Assembly (NCBI GenBank): GCA_964019335.1
Contig: OZ025682.1
Location: 124,001 to 188,000 of the forward strand
DNA: 64,000 nt
Source of the DNA: Diplonema japonicum
Taxonomy: Eukaryota; Protista; Euglenozoa: Diplonemea
Reading direction: 5' to 3'
Under the pieces are notes generated by a model. That model was given only the letters and a program-made list of their open reading frames with translations, had not been told where the DNA came from and did not search any database. This document shows, one piece after another, positions 33,066-44,005 of this stretch (positions within the stretch are counted from its first letter, which is position 1; each line of letters begins with the position of its first letter). The position numbers and the translations under genes were made by a program.

Positions 33066-36000
33066 CAACACCGGAGCAGATTGACATTGAGATGACAACA
33101 CCAACCGAGAAGCCGCTGGCACCAGCCCCGCGACCCCCAGCACAACCTCAGCTGCCGACAAGAGGACACGGTGGCATGACGGCCGACGAATTTGAGCTGT
33201 GGCGGAAGAAGAAGGAAGAAGAGTACGCTGTGGAACGGCGGGAGTCGGAGACGCGGATTGTGGAGCTGGAACGGAAAACAGCCAGCATGATGCAGTCGAT
33301 CGTGAGTGTCGACAACAGGATGGCGACGCTCAGCAGGGAGGTAGGCACGCTTCACGAGAAGATGGAAGGCGTGACGGGGCAGCTGGGGAAGATCAGCAGC
33401 TTCATCGAGAAGGTCACGATGACGATGAACAGCCTGCAGGAGGATGTGCGATCCCTACGGACGACAAAGAGAACTGCGTCTTATGCGGATAGGGAAGGTG
33501 GGGAGATCCACACAGACACACCGAAAAGACGCACCCCTGGAACAGCAGAGATTGTCCCATTACAGATCACAGGCGGACCGGCCCCGATATCGCTACACCA
33601 AGGAGCCTCGACTCCGAGACATTGAACGAGGGCTGACTATGAAGCAGCAATGAGCGGAGGAGCGGAGTGTGGGATCCCACATGATTCACTTACAATAACT
33701 TCACTCAATGTGGGATCCTTAGCAAATAAGATCGAAGGAGTACTGGCGATGGGGAGCGACATCACGTGCTTGCAAGAGGTGAAGCTCACGAGCGTAGGAC
33801 AGGAGATGATGACGAGGCATGTCGAGCAGGACGGGAGATTCAGCCCGCTGTGGGGTGAACCACGACCGGGAATCGTGGTAGACGGACAAGAGAGCCCGAA
33901 TAAAGCGCAGCGCGGAGGTGTGGGTCTGATGGTACAGAAGAACAGACCAACCATACTGCAGAAAGCTGCATCGGCGAAAGAGGACGGCAGGTGGTTACAT
34001 GCAATGGTCAATCTCGACGGACGAGACACATGGCTACACTTGTTCGTGGTCTACTGCCACTCTGGGCACCAGAACAAGACGAAGAGAGAACGGTTGCTGG
34101 ACAAGATTCTGAACGAGATGCGAAGCCTGCTGGGAGAGGTGCCCATTATGGTTCTGGGAGACATGAACACTGAGGTGCAGGACTCACCAGTTCTACAACA
34201 AGCTGTCGCCAACGACTGGGTCGACGCAGCGGCACTGCAGGCACTGGATGAGGACAAGGGGCCTGAGCACACATTCGTCAGGCAAGCAACGAACACACGA
34301 ACGAGGATTGACTACGCCCTACTCAGTCAGTCACTGTCAGTCAAAATATGTATACCGGGGATCAAACAGCGCACCTTCAGGTACTTCGTACCAAAAGAGC
34401 TGCCGATGAAACGTGAAGACGAACTTGCGGAACGACTACTCCAAGAGGCAGGATATGACGAGCTTTGTCAAGAGGGTGACACGGACAAGCTCTACACAAA
34501 GCTAGCTGACCTGACCGAGCGATATGGTGTTACGGGAGTGGAACAACAACGGCCATATAGAGGGAGAGCGGCAGTGAACAAGCCCGTGGAGAGATGCATC
34601 ACAGCGAAGTCCGCCAGAGGGGCGATAGGAGCGGTGGTGGGGAAGCAAAAAGCTGCTAGTGCAATCATGAGGAAAACACGACACCTGCTGACGACAGTGT
34701 TGAGAAACGGGTCGATTGGAGCTCTGGCGAACGCAACCATGAACACGTGGAAAAACGTGTGTGAAGGCGTCCGGAAGCTAGATTGGAACTTGGAGACAGA
34801 AAGGGACCTGCTGAAAGGGGACCTGGACGAGGCACTGATTGAAGTACAACGGCTGGACGAAGCCCTAGCACAAAGGGTGCGGGAGCTTGACAAGAGAGCG
34901 AGAATGCGGAGGGAAGCAAAGTATGAAGAGCGTTTGAACACACACTTCCGCGAGGAAAGGCGGAGGATGACGGCCTTTGTGAGGAACTCCCAAACGGCAG
35001 GAGCACAAGCCGTGGCGAACAGCGAGGGGGCGATGACGGCGGACCTCAGAGAGATGGATGGGATGATGCACGAGGAATGGGACAGGATCTTCTGCCTGTA
35101 CGAAGAGGGCGGAGAGCCGAAGTACCAAGACTTCAAAGAACGATACGGTGCATACATCGAGAAGAACGAGATGGCCTTGCTCCCGCTGACGGGGAGCGAC
35201 TTGCGAGAGGTGCTGATGAAGAAAACAAAGAAGACCTCTCCAGGTGTCGATGGATGGAGAATGGCGGAGCTACGAGCCATGCCACAAGTGCTGCTTGATG
35301 CGTGGGCAAAGATGTTCAATGTGATTGAGGTAAGTGGCAGATGGCCAGAGGCTCTGCTCACAGCTCTTGTCACCTTAGTGCCGAAAGGCGGAGAGAAGAC
35401 GCTGCTGAACCACAGACCGATAACAGTGACAAGCGCGGTCTACAGGCTGTGGGCATGTGCCAGGCTACAGAACATCATTCCGTGGCAGGAAGGATGGATA
35501 CACCCAACGCAGCATGGCTTCAGGCCGAAAAGAGGAACCGACAGCTTGCTAATGGAGCTCAGCACGCAACTGGAGGAGGCGCTGCTACATCAAATACCGC
35601 TGAATGGTTTAGCGTTAGACTTTGTCAAGTGCTTTGATCGCATCCCGCAGGAGGTGGCGTTTGGGTTGATGGAAGACCTAGGAATGCACGGCCGAATCTT
35701 GAGGCCGCTACGAGGGATGTACGCGCGCATGAAACGACGTTTCCGGTTCCCAATCGGTGTAGGGCGCGAGTTCCGTGTGACGAACGGGATTCTACAAGGC
35801 TGCCCGATATCCGTCATCATGGTGAACGCGATGGTGTCGGTGATGGTGAGGTGTGTGACAGTTGAAGTGCCGGGGGCATGGTCCTTATCATACGCCGATG
35901 ATGCCTACTTGCTCGCAATTCTCAGGAAGGCCCTCAAAGCTGCAGCAGAAAAAATGGTGGAGTTCTGTAACGCAACGGGCATGCTACTAAATGTGGACAA

Positions 36001-37326
36001 ATCACATGCGTTCACCACAAAAACGGATGAACTAGAGGAGAAGTTAGAATGCTCTGACATGTCCTTCAAGGTCAAACAGAGGTGAAGTCGTTGGGTGTAA
36101 TGCTATGCACAGACGGGAAACACCGACTCACGAAGACAAAATCGGCGGAAGACGAACTTGCGCGACTCGGCGCGCTACCACTCACGTTTCATAACAAGAC
36201 GGAAATGTTACTCGGCACGGTGCTGCCAGCATGCCTATACGGAGCGACGTACGCTGAGCCGTCTGAAGACCTGCTGAAAAGACTTAGGACGGCGGCTGCG
36301 AAGGCCTTGTGGGGCCCGCACTTTACGATGAGGAACCCGATTGCCCTACTCAGCGTAGCGCTACCTGGCTTTCAGAACGAGGAGGGTCATCTGTGGAGCG
36401 ATCTTCACGGTACACCCAAAAGTATGGAGCAAGAAGCTTGATGTGGCAGACAAGCTCACATGTGATGTCTGCGACCACCAGGCGGAGACGACGGAGCAGA
36501 TCACAGAGCACGCGCTGTGGGAGTGTGCCCCTGCGAGACAAGCGCAGCAGGAAAGTGTGTACGCGGAGGTCAAAAGAGAAGGGCTGCCGAAAGCAACGGC
36601 GCTACACGGTGTAGTGGTGAGAGGAACGGGAGCGGAAGTGCAGAAACAAGCGCGACTGGTGCAGAGCTACCTGGTGCGAGTGGTGGCGTTGCGTGACAGT
36701 AGAGCAGCGGAGAGGACGGTGCATGTTATAAGACCATATCCTTGGAAAGAGACGACGACGGAACAAGATGCCCGGTACCGACGGAGGAGATGCTTGTTGC
36801 GCACGGAGCAACGGGTGAGATACTGAAAAAGCAGTTGAAACATGTGCTACCCTGGCTGCAAGGTCTGAGGTGGTACCTAGGATCGAAGAAGACGTCAATC
36901 ACCACGATGGAGCTGGCAATTGATTTTGAGATGACGACCGGTATATCCTTATACGGGGAACATGGGGAGAGCAGTCTGTTGGAGAGAAAAGCCGCACGTC
37001 TGCGGTACATCCTCAATAGAGTGCAAGCATGTGCGGCAAAGGGCAACAAAAGCGGCTTCCCGGCAAGAAGGATGACCAGAGTACACTCCCTGAGAAACCT
37101 GGGCGCACCAGCGATGCATGGCTACGACAAGAGACCCTTGTTCTCGTCAACCCAAACAGCCCCCTATTTGGAGGGACTGCGACCGATGTTCTTAGCGCAG
37201 ATGCCGTCCATGACGGACAGGCAAACCCCGACGGCCGGCACCAGGATGCAACCGCAGAATGGTGACAGGCACGTGTAGGATCCCCCGTCCACGGTGGGCA
37301 CCAGCGCACCGCAAAAATAGATCGAG
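33066..37326 (+). mobile_element. Near full-length but decayed non-LTR retrotransposon (ORF1 + APE-RT ORF2)
   Basis: ORF2 from 33650 has SLNVGSL, CLQEVK, GGVG, GDMN, TRIDY and YADD. It carries a deletion at the end of APE (about 34325), frameshifts near 36080 and 36770, and a deletion near 36370 relative to the 18-22 kb copy. Confidence 0.93.
33092..33625 (+). CDS. LINE ORF1, short coiled-coil protein
   Basis: Heptad-like helical region (IVELERKTASMMQSIVSVDNRMATLSREVGTLHEKM) directly upstream of ORF2. Confidence 0.65.
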   Translation: MTTPTEKPLAPAPRPPAQPQLPTRGHGGMTADEFELWRKKKEEEYAVERRESETRIVELERKTASMMQSIVSVDNRMATLSREVGTLHEKMEGVTGQLGKISSFIEKVTMTMNSLQEDVRSLRTTKRTASYADREGGEIHTDTPKRRTPGTAEIVPLQITGGPAPISLHQGASTPRH

Positions 37327-37348
37327 TTTTTTTTCGTTTTTTTTTTTT

Positions 37349-37604
37349 AAACCCCTTGAATGGGCGATGCTTCCCCCCCTTTTAAATACACAGTTTTCTA
37401 CGCACAGACTCCTTAGGTGGGGGAACGGCAGCAGCCGGTTCGCCTGGCTAGGGTCCTCCGGACCCGGCAAGTCCAAGATTGACCAGGATGGACGGGTCTT
37501 AGAGATACGAGGCGTGAATTTGGAAATGGGTTTGAAGAGAGAGATTAAAAAAAAAAAAAAAATGAAGTTAATAAAAAAGCATCGCCTATTTTTTCACAAG
37601 GTTT
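37349..37604. mobile_element. Possible small MITE
   Basis: Inverted ends ATGGGCGATGCTT (37360-37372) / AAGCATCGCCTAT (37577-37589), extending imperfectly outward. Confidence 0.35.
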
Positions 37605-37716
37605 ATATCCCCTTCCGAAATTTTTGTTTTTTTTTAAAAACATTTTTTTTTTTTTAAACTTCTTTCCCACCACCATCCAGATAATTTTTATCTTCAAAAA
37701 AAAAAAAAAAAAAAAA

Positions 37717-38454
37717 ATGACGCCCTACCACCCCCCTTACAGCACCCCGCCTGCAGTGGCACTGTTCAGAGACGGAATCGACAAAACCACGAAGGAGGGG
37801 GAAATAAGTGTGGCGAAGCAGTTTTTTAAAGAGTACATTTCAGCCATGCACACGGGGAGGGTTGCGGAGTGCTTCGATGCGTGGCTGGACGACAAGGCGG
37901 CCTATGTAGTAAAGGAACCCTGTGCGACACTACAGGCAAGGGGCAAGACGGGCGCCTGCAAGCTTTACAACATGACTGTAGATGAGATTACATCCCTTTC
38001 TGTCAGCGTCAATGCGATCAAGTACAACAAGGACCAGCGTGTTGCAGTCTTGGATGTTGCCTCCTCAACGGTTAAGGATTCCGGGCTGCATCCTGTGGCA
38101 CAGAATGTTCGTTTTACTTTTAAATTCAACGTTTCGATGAAACTGTCCAAACTTGTGACATCTTGCCAGCCAACGCAAAGTGCTGTTTACCCTGTAGTGG
38201 TCGAGAGTTCTTCATCTCTCCCTCTTAAACCTCCCACCTCGCACCGTCCGTGTGCGCACAACAACTGGGACCACATTAGGGTCAAAAGACATCAAGCTTT
38301 GTTACGGTGCAGAGAATGCGCCTCGCAGTGGAAAATTGCTGTGGGGAAGATCGCGAAATGTTACAGGCATCTGAGCCTTCTGGGATGCCCGAATGGCGAT
38401 GGATGTACATCTCTACACATCAACCACAGGAAACAGGGTGTTGCGGGGCAGTGA
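37717..38454 (+). CDS. SnoaL/NTF2-like + zinc module + CCCH finger protein, copy 14 (divergent, last in array)
   Basis: ATG at 37717; PCAHNNWDHIRVKR..RCREC and CYRHLSLLGCPNGDGCTSLH. Confidence 0.86.
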   Translation: MTPYHPPYSTPPAVALFRDGIDKTTKEGEISVAKQFFKEYISAMHTGRVAECFDAWLDDKAAYVVKEPCATLQARGKTGACKLYNMTVDEITSLSVSVNAIKYNKDQRVAVLDVASSTVKDSGLHPVAQNVRFTFKFNVSMKLSKLVTSCQPTQSAVYPVVVESSSSLPLKPPTSHRPCAHNNWDHIRVKRHQALLRCRECASQWKIAVGKIAKCYRHLSLLGCPNGDGCTSLHINHRKQGVAGQ

Positions 38455-38975
38455 GTCTTTTTTTTTTTTTTTTCTTTTTTGAATTTTTTTTCTTCTTCTC
38501 ACGCCTTTTCTAATGATTTGGTGTGTGTGGAATGAAGGAGGAAAAAAAAAAAAAAAAAACTAAATGTTTCGTGCGCACAAACAAAATGAAGCGCCCAAAG
38601 TAATTATTTTCTCCCACTACCATGTATGGAGGAGCCTTTCTTCCATCCACAGTAACCCGTGAACAGAATTTTTTTTTTTTTTGTTGGTGGGCCGTTGCTA
38701 GCTACTTCGTTCCTATCATAGTGAATTTTTTTTTCTTTTTTCGTAGTTGTCACCAAGAATGTTGAAAGTAATTAAAATTAGAATTATTCTGGTGCTTCAG
38801 TCTTCTCCAAAGACTGTGAATAGTTGCTTTTTTTTTTTTTTTTTTTAATTGTTATTGGTGAAATGCTGTCTGACTTGCATTTAAATAAAAAAACAAAAAA
38901 GGGTAATTAACCAAAACTTAGCTCCGCATAGTTACCCCCCCCTTTTTTTTCTCCTTCACAAACGAGCGACCGTCC

Positions 38976-39007
<32 letters not shown>

Positions 39008-39230
39008 CCCTTTAAACCCCTCTTGCCGTTGACTCACATAAATAACCCATTTTGCACTGGCGAAATAATTCGGCTTATGAAATAGGAGGGTTCGCATCAA
39101 TTTGGCCAAGCACAGTGAAGATCTCGAACGACGAATGGGGTTTTACAAGAAAAAGAAGAAGAAGAAAAAAAAAAAGAGGGGGAAAAGAAAAGACTTACTT
39201 ACCTCCAAATACTAAATACTCACAAGAAGC

Positions 39231-39236
<6 letters not shown>

Positions 39237-39273
<37 letters not shown>
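39237..39273. repeat. (TA)n microsatellite
   Basis: Directly visible. Confidence 0.95.
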
Positions 39274-39276
<3 letters not shown>

Positions 39277-40071
39277 GATGAGAACAAGGGGCAGCTCACA
39301 GAGACCTCCTTCAACTCGTTTTTTTCTTTTTCTTGATGTGCCAATAAGGCACTTTAGCTGTTGTTTCTCGTTGAAAAAAAAAAAAAAAAAAAAAAAATCT
39401 ATGGAGCATTTGTTCACACGACGGCGAGAGATACTCAGATGCGCGGCCTGCCGGGATTCCCCCCCCCTCCCCTTTTCTCTCCCTCTCCTTTGCTGCTAAA
39501 GAAAGAGTGAAGAGGAAGAGTAAATAAATGGGACTAAAAAAAAGAAAAGAAAAGGAAAAAGCACCTTCCAGCCATCTCACAATAAGTTTCAGTTTCTCTC
39601 TTTTTTTTTGTTTAGAGTGGCTTACCTATTTCACTTTGTAAATTAGGTATGCTTCTTTCTTGTAATAATACCCTATTTTCATGTCACAAACCATGAAAGT
39701 CATCACTAAAGAATGGAATATGGCGATGTACTTTATTTTCTGCTACGTTTTTTTTTTTTTTTTTTTTTTGTCCTTTTTCTTGTTTTTTTTCCCCCACGGG
39801 GCGCCACCAACACTGGCCTCCTTAATCTCTCTATTTTTTTTTCTTATACCGCTAGGGCCCAGTATTGCTTTAACTTGTACGAAGTTTGCAAAAAAAAAAA
39901 AAGAAAAAAAAAAGAAACGGGACAATAAGAAGTTTCAAAACAATTCTTAAAATATAGGGTGGAGAACACCGGCGACCTGCACACTGAAAAAGTGAAGCAT
40001 AAAAAAAAAAATGAACAGGGAACAAAAAATTAAATCTCCTGTGTAATCCGCTTTTTTCTTTTCTTTTTTTT

Positions 40072-41038
40072 GGGTAGAGTCCTAACTTGACCCCTAAGTT
40101 TTCGAAATGCTTAAATTCCGACCCCTAGGTTTCCGAAATGCTCAAAGTCCACCCCCTAAGTCTTCAAAACGCTCAAATCCCGCCCCCTAAGTTTCCAAAG
40201 TGTTCAAAGTCCGCCCCCTCAGGTTTTCAAATGCCCTAACTAGGCCCCTACGGCGGGAAATCGCTCAAAGTCAACCCCCCTAGTTTTCAAAATGCTCAAA
40301 AAACCCCCCCTTAGTTTCACAAATAACCCGAATGGGTCCCCTATGTTTCATTAGCGCTCAACAAGGTTGTGCGCATGCATGTTCCTTAACAATAGGCAAC
40401 TTGAAAGGAAAGAAAAGACAGCCCCTTCTTTCCATGGTTGGATAGGGTGCAGGTATGGGGAGGCATGTTACATGTGCCCCCCTTCTTTATTCCGGAACAC
40501 CACCCTCCATTGGCAGTCTTCAGTGCAGCAGGCAAGTACCACCTTTTCGCTGGTGGTTTTCACAGTGCTAAACACCCGACCGCTCTTGTAGCAGTCCGAG
40601 AAGGCCTCTCTTCATGTCTGAGAACACCGCATCAGCAACAATGTTTGACTGGGTTGTAGGCATTTTAAAAGGATTGGTTTTTGTGATATAATGATGGGAA
40701 AAAGAGCTGTAGGAAATGTTGGGGTGAAAAGATGTTGTTGAGCATTTATGAAACATAGGGGGCATTCTGGAAACTTAGGGGGGGCCAGGTTGTGTATTTC
40801 CGAAACTGAGGGGTCCGGATTTGAACATTTTGAAAATCAAGGGGTCTACTTTGAGCATTTATGAAACTAAGGGGACCGAATTCAAGCATTTTAAAACCTT
40901 ACACAGAGATTTAAGAAACCTCGGGGACTGGATCAGAAACTTTTTCCTCTTTAAAGATAGACCTTGAACATTTCTCAAACTAAGGGGGTGGCTTTTGGAC
41001 ATTTCTCAAACTTAGGGGTCAAGTTAGCAGTTTTCTCC
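40072..41038 (-). mobile_element. Mutator (MULE)/foldback-like deletion derivative
   Basis: Arms of about 300 bp built from 31-bp subrepeats in inverted orientation (CTAACTTGACCCCTAAGTTT/AAACTTAGGGGTCAAGTTAG) with T-run flanks. An internal minus-strand remnant, VLACCTEDCQWRVVFR...PHTC, resembles the MuDR zinc-binding DNA-binding domain. Confidence 0.82.
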
Positions 41039-41342
41039 TTTTTTTTTGAACAAGACAGGACGTCCCAGATCAGGGATTTCCTTTTACCTCTTTAATTTTT
41101 TTTTTTTCCTTTTCTTTTTAAAAAAAAAATATTCCTTGTCTACTTCTCGTGTTTCTCCCTAGCCCAACAAAGCCTGGATGTGCAGTGCTTTTTGTAATTC
41201 CTCTCCCTAACTCGCTTCCTTCTTGCTCTTTTTCTTACTTTCTTCCATCCTTTATCTTTTATACTTCTTTTCCCATTCTTCGTGCAAAGTACACCTTCTT
41301 CCACACAGGCACCAACCCCTACACAAACCACACCCCACCACG

Positions 41343-42011
41343 ATGCCTGCCCTCAAACTTGTGTACTTCGAGCTCCCCGGACGTGCGGAACCTGCGCGAC
41401 TCGCGTTCGCTGTGGGGGGTGTCGCCTTCGAGGACAAGAGGGTGTCTGGGGAGGAGTGGGGGATGAAGATCAAGCCGACTGTGGGACCGAAGCAGCTTCC
41501 GCTTCTGGATGTGGACGGGGAGGTGATAGGGCAGAGCAACGCGATCATGCGCTACGCGGGGAGTGTGTCGTCGTTGGGGGGAAAGCAGCTGTACCCGAAG
41601 GAGGCAGGGGAGGCGCTGAAGGTGGACGAGTTCTGCGACATTGTGGGGGAGGTGTTCGGTCCGCTCGGGAAGACCTTCGCGATCGAGGACGAGACTGAGA
41701 AGAAGGCGGCGCGGGCAGCGCTTGTGGCTGAGGGGGGCGACATCACGAAGTGGCTCGTCTTCATCGACTCCCTCCTCGCGAAGTCCTCCTCTTCGTCAGG
41801 GTTCGCTGTCGGGGACTCCCTCACCATGGCAGACATCTGCGTCTTCACCGGACTGCAGCCCCTGAAGTCCGGCTGGCTCGACGGGATCCCCAAAGACTGC
41901 CTCGACAACTACTCCCACATCACGAAGCACGCACAGATGATCGCGAACATCCCTCAGGTGAAGGCATACTACAAGGATGCAACAGGGATCCATGCCGTCT
42001 ACAAGGCATGA
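41343..42011 (+). CDS. gst: Glutathione S-transferase, sigma-like
   Basis: KLVYFELPGRAEPARLAF, QLPLLDVDG..IGQSNAIMRY, GDSLTMAD. Confidence 0.93.
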   Translation: MPALKLVYFELPGRAEPARLAFAVGGVAFEDKRVSGEEWGMKIKPTVGPKQLPLLDVDGEVIGQSNAIMRYAGSVSSLGGKQLYPKEAGEALKVDEFCDIVGEVFGPLGKTFAIEDETEKKAARAALVAEGGDITKWLVFIDSLLAKSSSSSGFAVGDSLTMADICVFTGLQPLKSGWLDGIPKDCLDNYSHITKHAQMIANIPQVKAYYKDATGIHAVYKA

Positions 42012-42277
42012 TCGCTTGGTCTTTTGACAAGGTGGGGAAAGGGGGAAAAAAAGAACAAGAGAGTATTGGAATGGTGATGGTCACAAAAGGCTTCCTTCCT
42101 TTCTCTCTTGCCCCCCTCCCCTATTTTTTTTTGAAATAAGTAAAATGGAAGGCCACAAAGGCTTCCTTTTCTTGTCCTTTAAAAAGAGAAACGAAAACAC
42201 AAACCAAGATAAATTCTGGTGGGAAAAAAAAAAAAAAAAAAAAAAAAAAAAACGAAACCTCTCTTCTTTCCGCGTGG

Positions 42278-42310
<33 letters not shown>

Positions 42311-42445
42311 GTTCTCTCGCATTTGAACATGCTTTTCCGCACTCCATCCTCTTTCTTCTATCTACTTCTATTATTTCTTGTTTTTGAACGCGCTACTGTG
42401 AATTCAACGAATAAAAGACAAACAGCAAAGGAGTCCATGGAACCA

Positions 42446-42615
42446 CAACCCCCACCTTTCAACCTGTTCCCGGACCCCTCCATGTCCATGCAGGCGGGTG
42501 TGGAGGGGATATTCACCCACTACCTCTCACCACGCACTTCCTTGTTTGCAGCAACCCCCACCTTTCAACCTGTTAATCGACCACTCCATGTCCATGCAGG
42601 CGGGTGTGGAGGGGA
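42446..42615 (+). repeat. Approx. 64 bp direct repeat, two copies (42446-42509 and 42552-42615)
   Basis: CAACCCCCACCTTTCAACCTGTT...CTCCATGTCCATGCAGGCGGGTGTGGAGGGGA occurs twice. Confidence 0.85.
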
Positions 42616-42824
42616 GAGTCAACCTGGCAGGACTTTAAGAGCGACCACAGTCTCTGGCCTGTCTGTGTGGTGAAATCTCAGTCTGAAAGTTTAAACGATA
42701 AAGTTTCAGTCTCAAGAAGGCCTCGTCCTGAGCCACCAACAGACATAAAGACACAAAGGAGAACAACAACCACCACCACAAAGGGAGAAAAAAGAAAGAA
42801 GAAAAAAAAAAAGTAAAAATTAAA

Positions 42825-43475
42825 ATGCCTGCCTCCGGTATCCTGTACGGCCACCCTGTGTCGCAGCCCTCGCGGTCGGTGCAGTGGTACCTCGACTACA
42901 GCGGGAACACAACTGTTGAGAGGAAGGTGGTGGACCTGATGGTTGGGGCGCACAAGCTTCCTGAGTACATCGGGAAGTTCCCCCACCACGAGATCCCAGG
43001 GTTCGAGATGGAGGACGGGTTCTGCTTTGCGGAGTCGATGGCGATCCTGAAGCACGTGTCTGCAGGGGACGAGACGATCAAGCCGCAGACAGCGAGGCAG
43101 GAAGCACGCCTGAACGAGTACTTCGGGCGCCACTACTCGCAGGTGCGGAAGTTCTCGACAGATGTGTTCTTCCAACACATCCTGACGAAGAACGAGGAGA
43201 AGAAGCAGGCTGGGCTCGTCACCATCAAGCCGCAGCTGGAGGCCTACAACGAGAAGCTCGGGAAGCAGAAGTACATCCTTGGCGACAACCTCACCCTTGC
43301 AGACTTCCTGTTCGCCCCTGAGGTGGACCAGATGGAGGCTGTTGGGAAGGAGGTCCTGGCCCCCTACCAGAACATCCTGAAGTACCTTGAACGCCTCACC
43401 ACCGACGTCAAGGGTTACAAGGAGTGCATCGGGGGCATGAGGTCCGGACTTGAGGAGATGCTTAAAATGATGTGA
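42825..43475 (+). CDS. gst: Glutathione S-transferase, theta-like
   Basis: LYGHPVSQPSRSV, P.HEIPG, AESMAILKH, YILGDNLTLADF. Confidence 0.92.
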   Translation: MPASGILYGHPVSQPSRSVQWYLDYSGNTTVERKVVDLMVGAHKLPEYIGKFPHHEIPGFEMEDGFCFAESMAILKHVSAGDETIKPQTARQEARLNEYFGRHYSQVRKFSTDVFFQHILTKNEEKKQAGLVTIKPQLEAYNEKLGKQKYILGDNLTLADFLFAPEVDQMEAVGKEVLAPYQNILKYLERLTTDVKGYKECIGGMRSGLEEMLKMM

Positions 43476-43759
43476 TGATGTGCGTTCCGTGACAGGGCCT
43501 CCATCGAACGAGTTGTCTATCTGTGTTTCTTCTTCTTCTCCCCTCTCCCCTCCCTGAGATAAAATCGGGTGGTATTAGACACCTGTGAAAGGGCACAAAG
43601 AAAATATGTCTAGTTTCCCTCCTTATTTTTCCTTCAAAGATTGAATTGTCCTTTGCTCTTAATTTACTTACAAAGGGGTCCACACCTCTATCCTGTGGAT
43701 CCCACCTCATTTCGTTCGATTTCGTCCCCCTTTTTTTCCCTCTCATTCTTTTCTTACCT

Positions 43760-43792
43760 CAGTGAGCACTCTTGCACACTGAAACTTTATCG
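43760..43792 (+). mobile_element. Minimal solo LINE 3' end (stem-loop only)
   Basis: CAGTGAGCACTCTTGCACACTGAAACTTTATCG matches 14429-14462. Confidence 0.55.
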
Positions 43793-44005
43793 TTTGAAAA
43801 AACTACTTTTGGCTACATTTATCTCTCTTTGCCTTACCTTTTAGCCATCTCTTCGAAGGTGTCCCACTCCCTGGATTGATACCCTGCACGTTTTTATTCT
43901 GAATCTTGTTCTGAATAAAACCTCTTTTTTTCATTCATTTTAACTTCGATGAACCTCTTTTTAGCCCCCATTCAGGTTAATATCTTTCAAAAAAAAAAAA
44001 AAAAA

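Noticed and set aside
40075-40350. CRISPR-like array of 31-bp repeats
   Set aside because: There are no unique spacers or cas genes; the repeats are mirrored at 40735-41030 as transposon arms.
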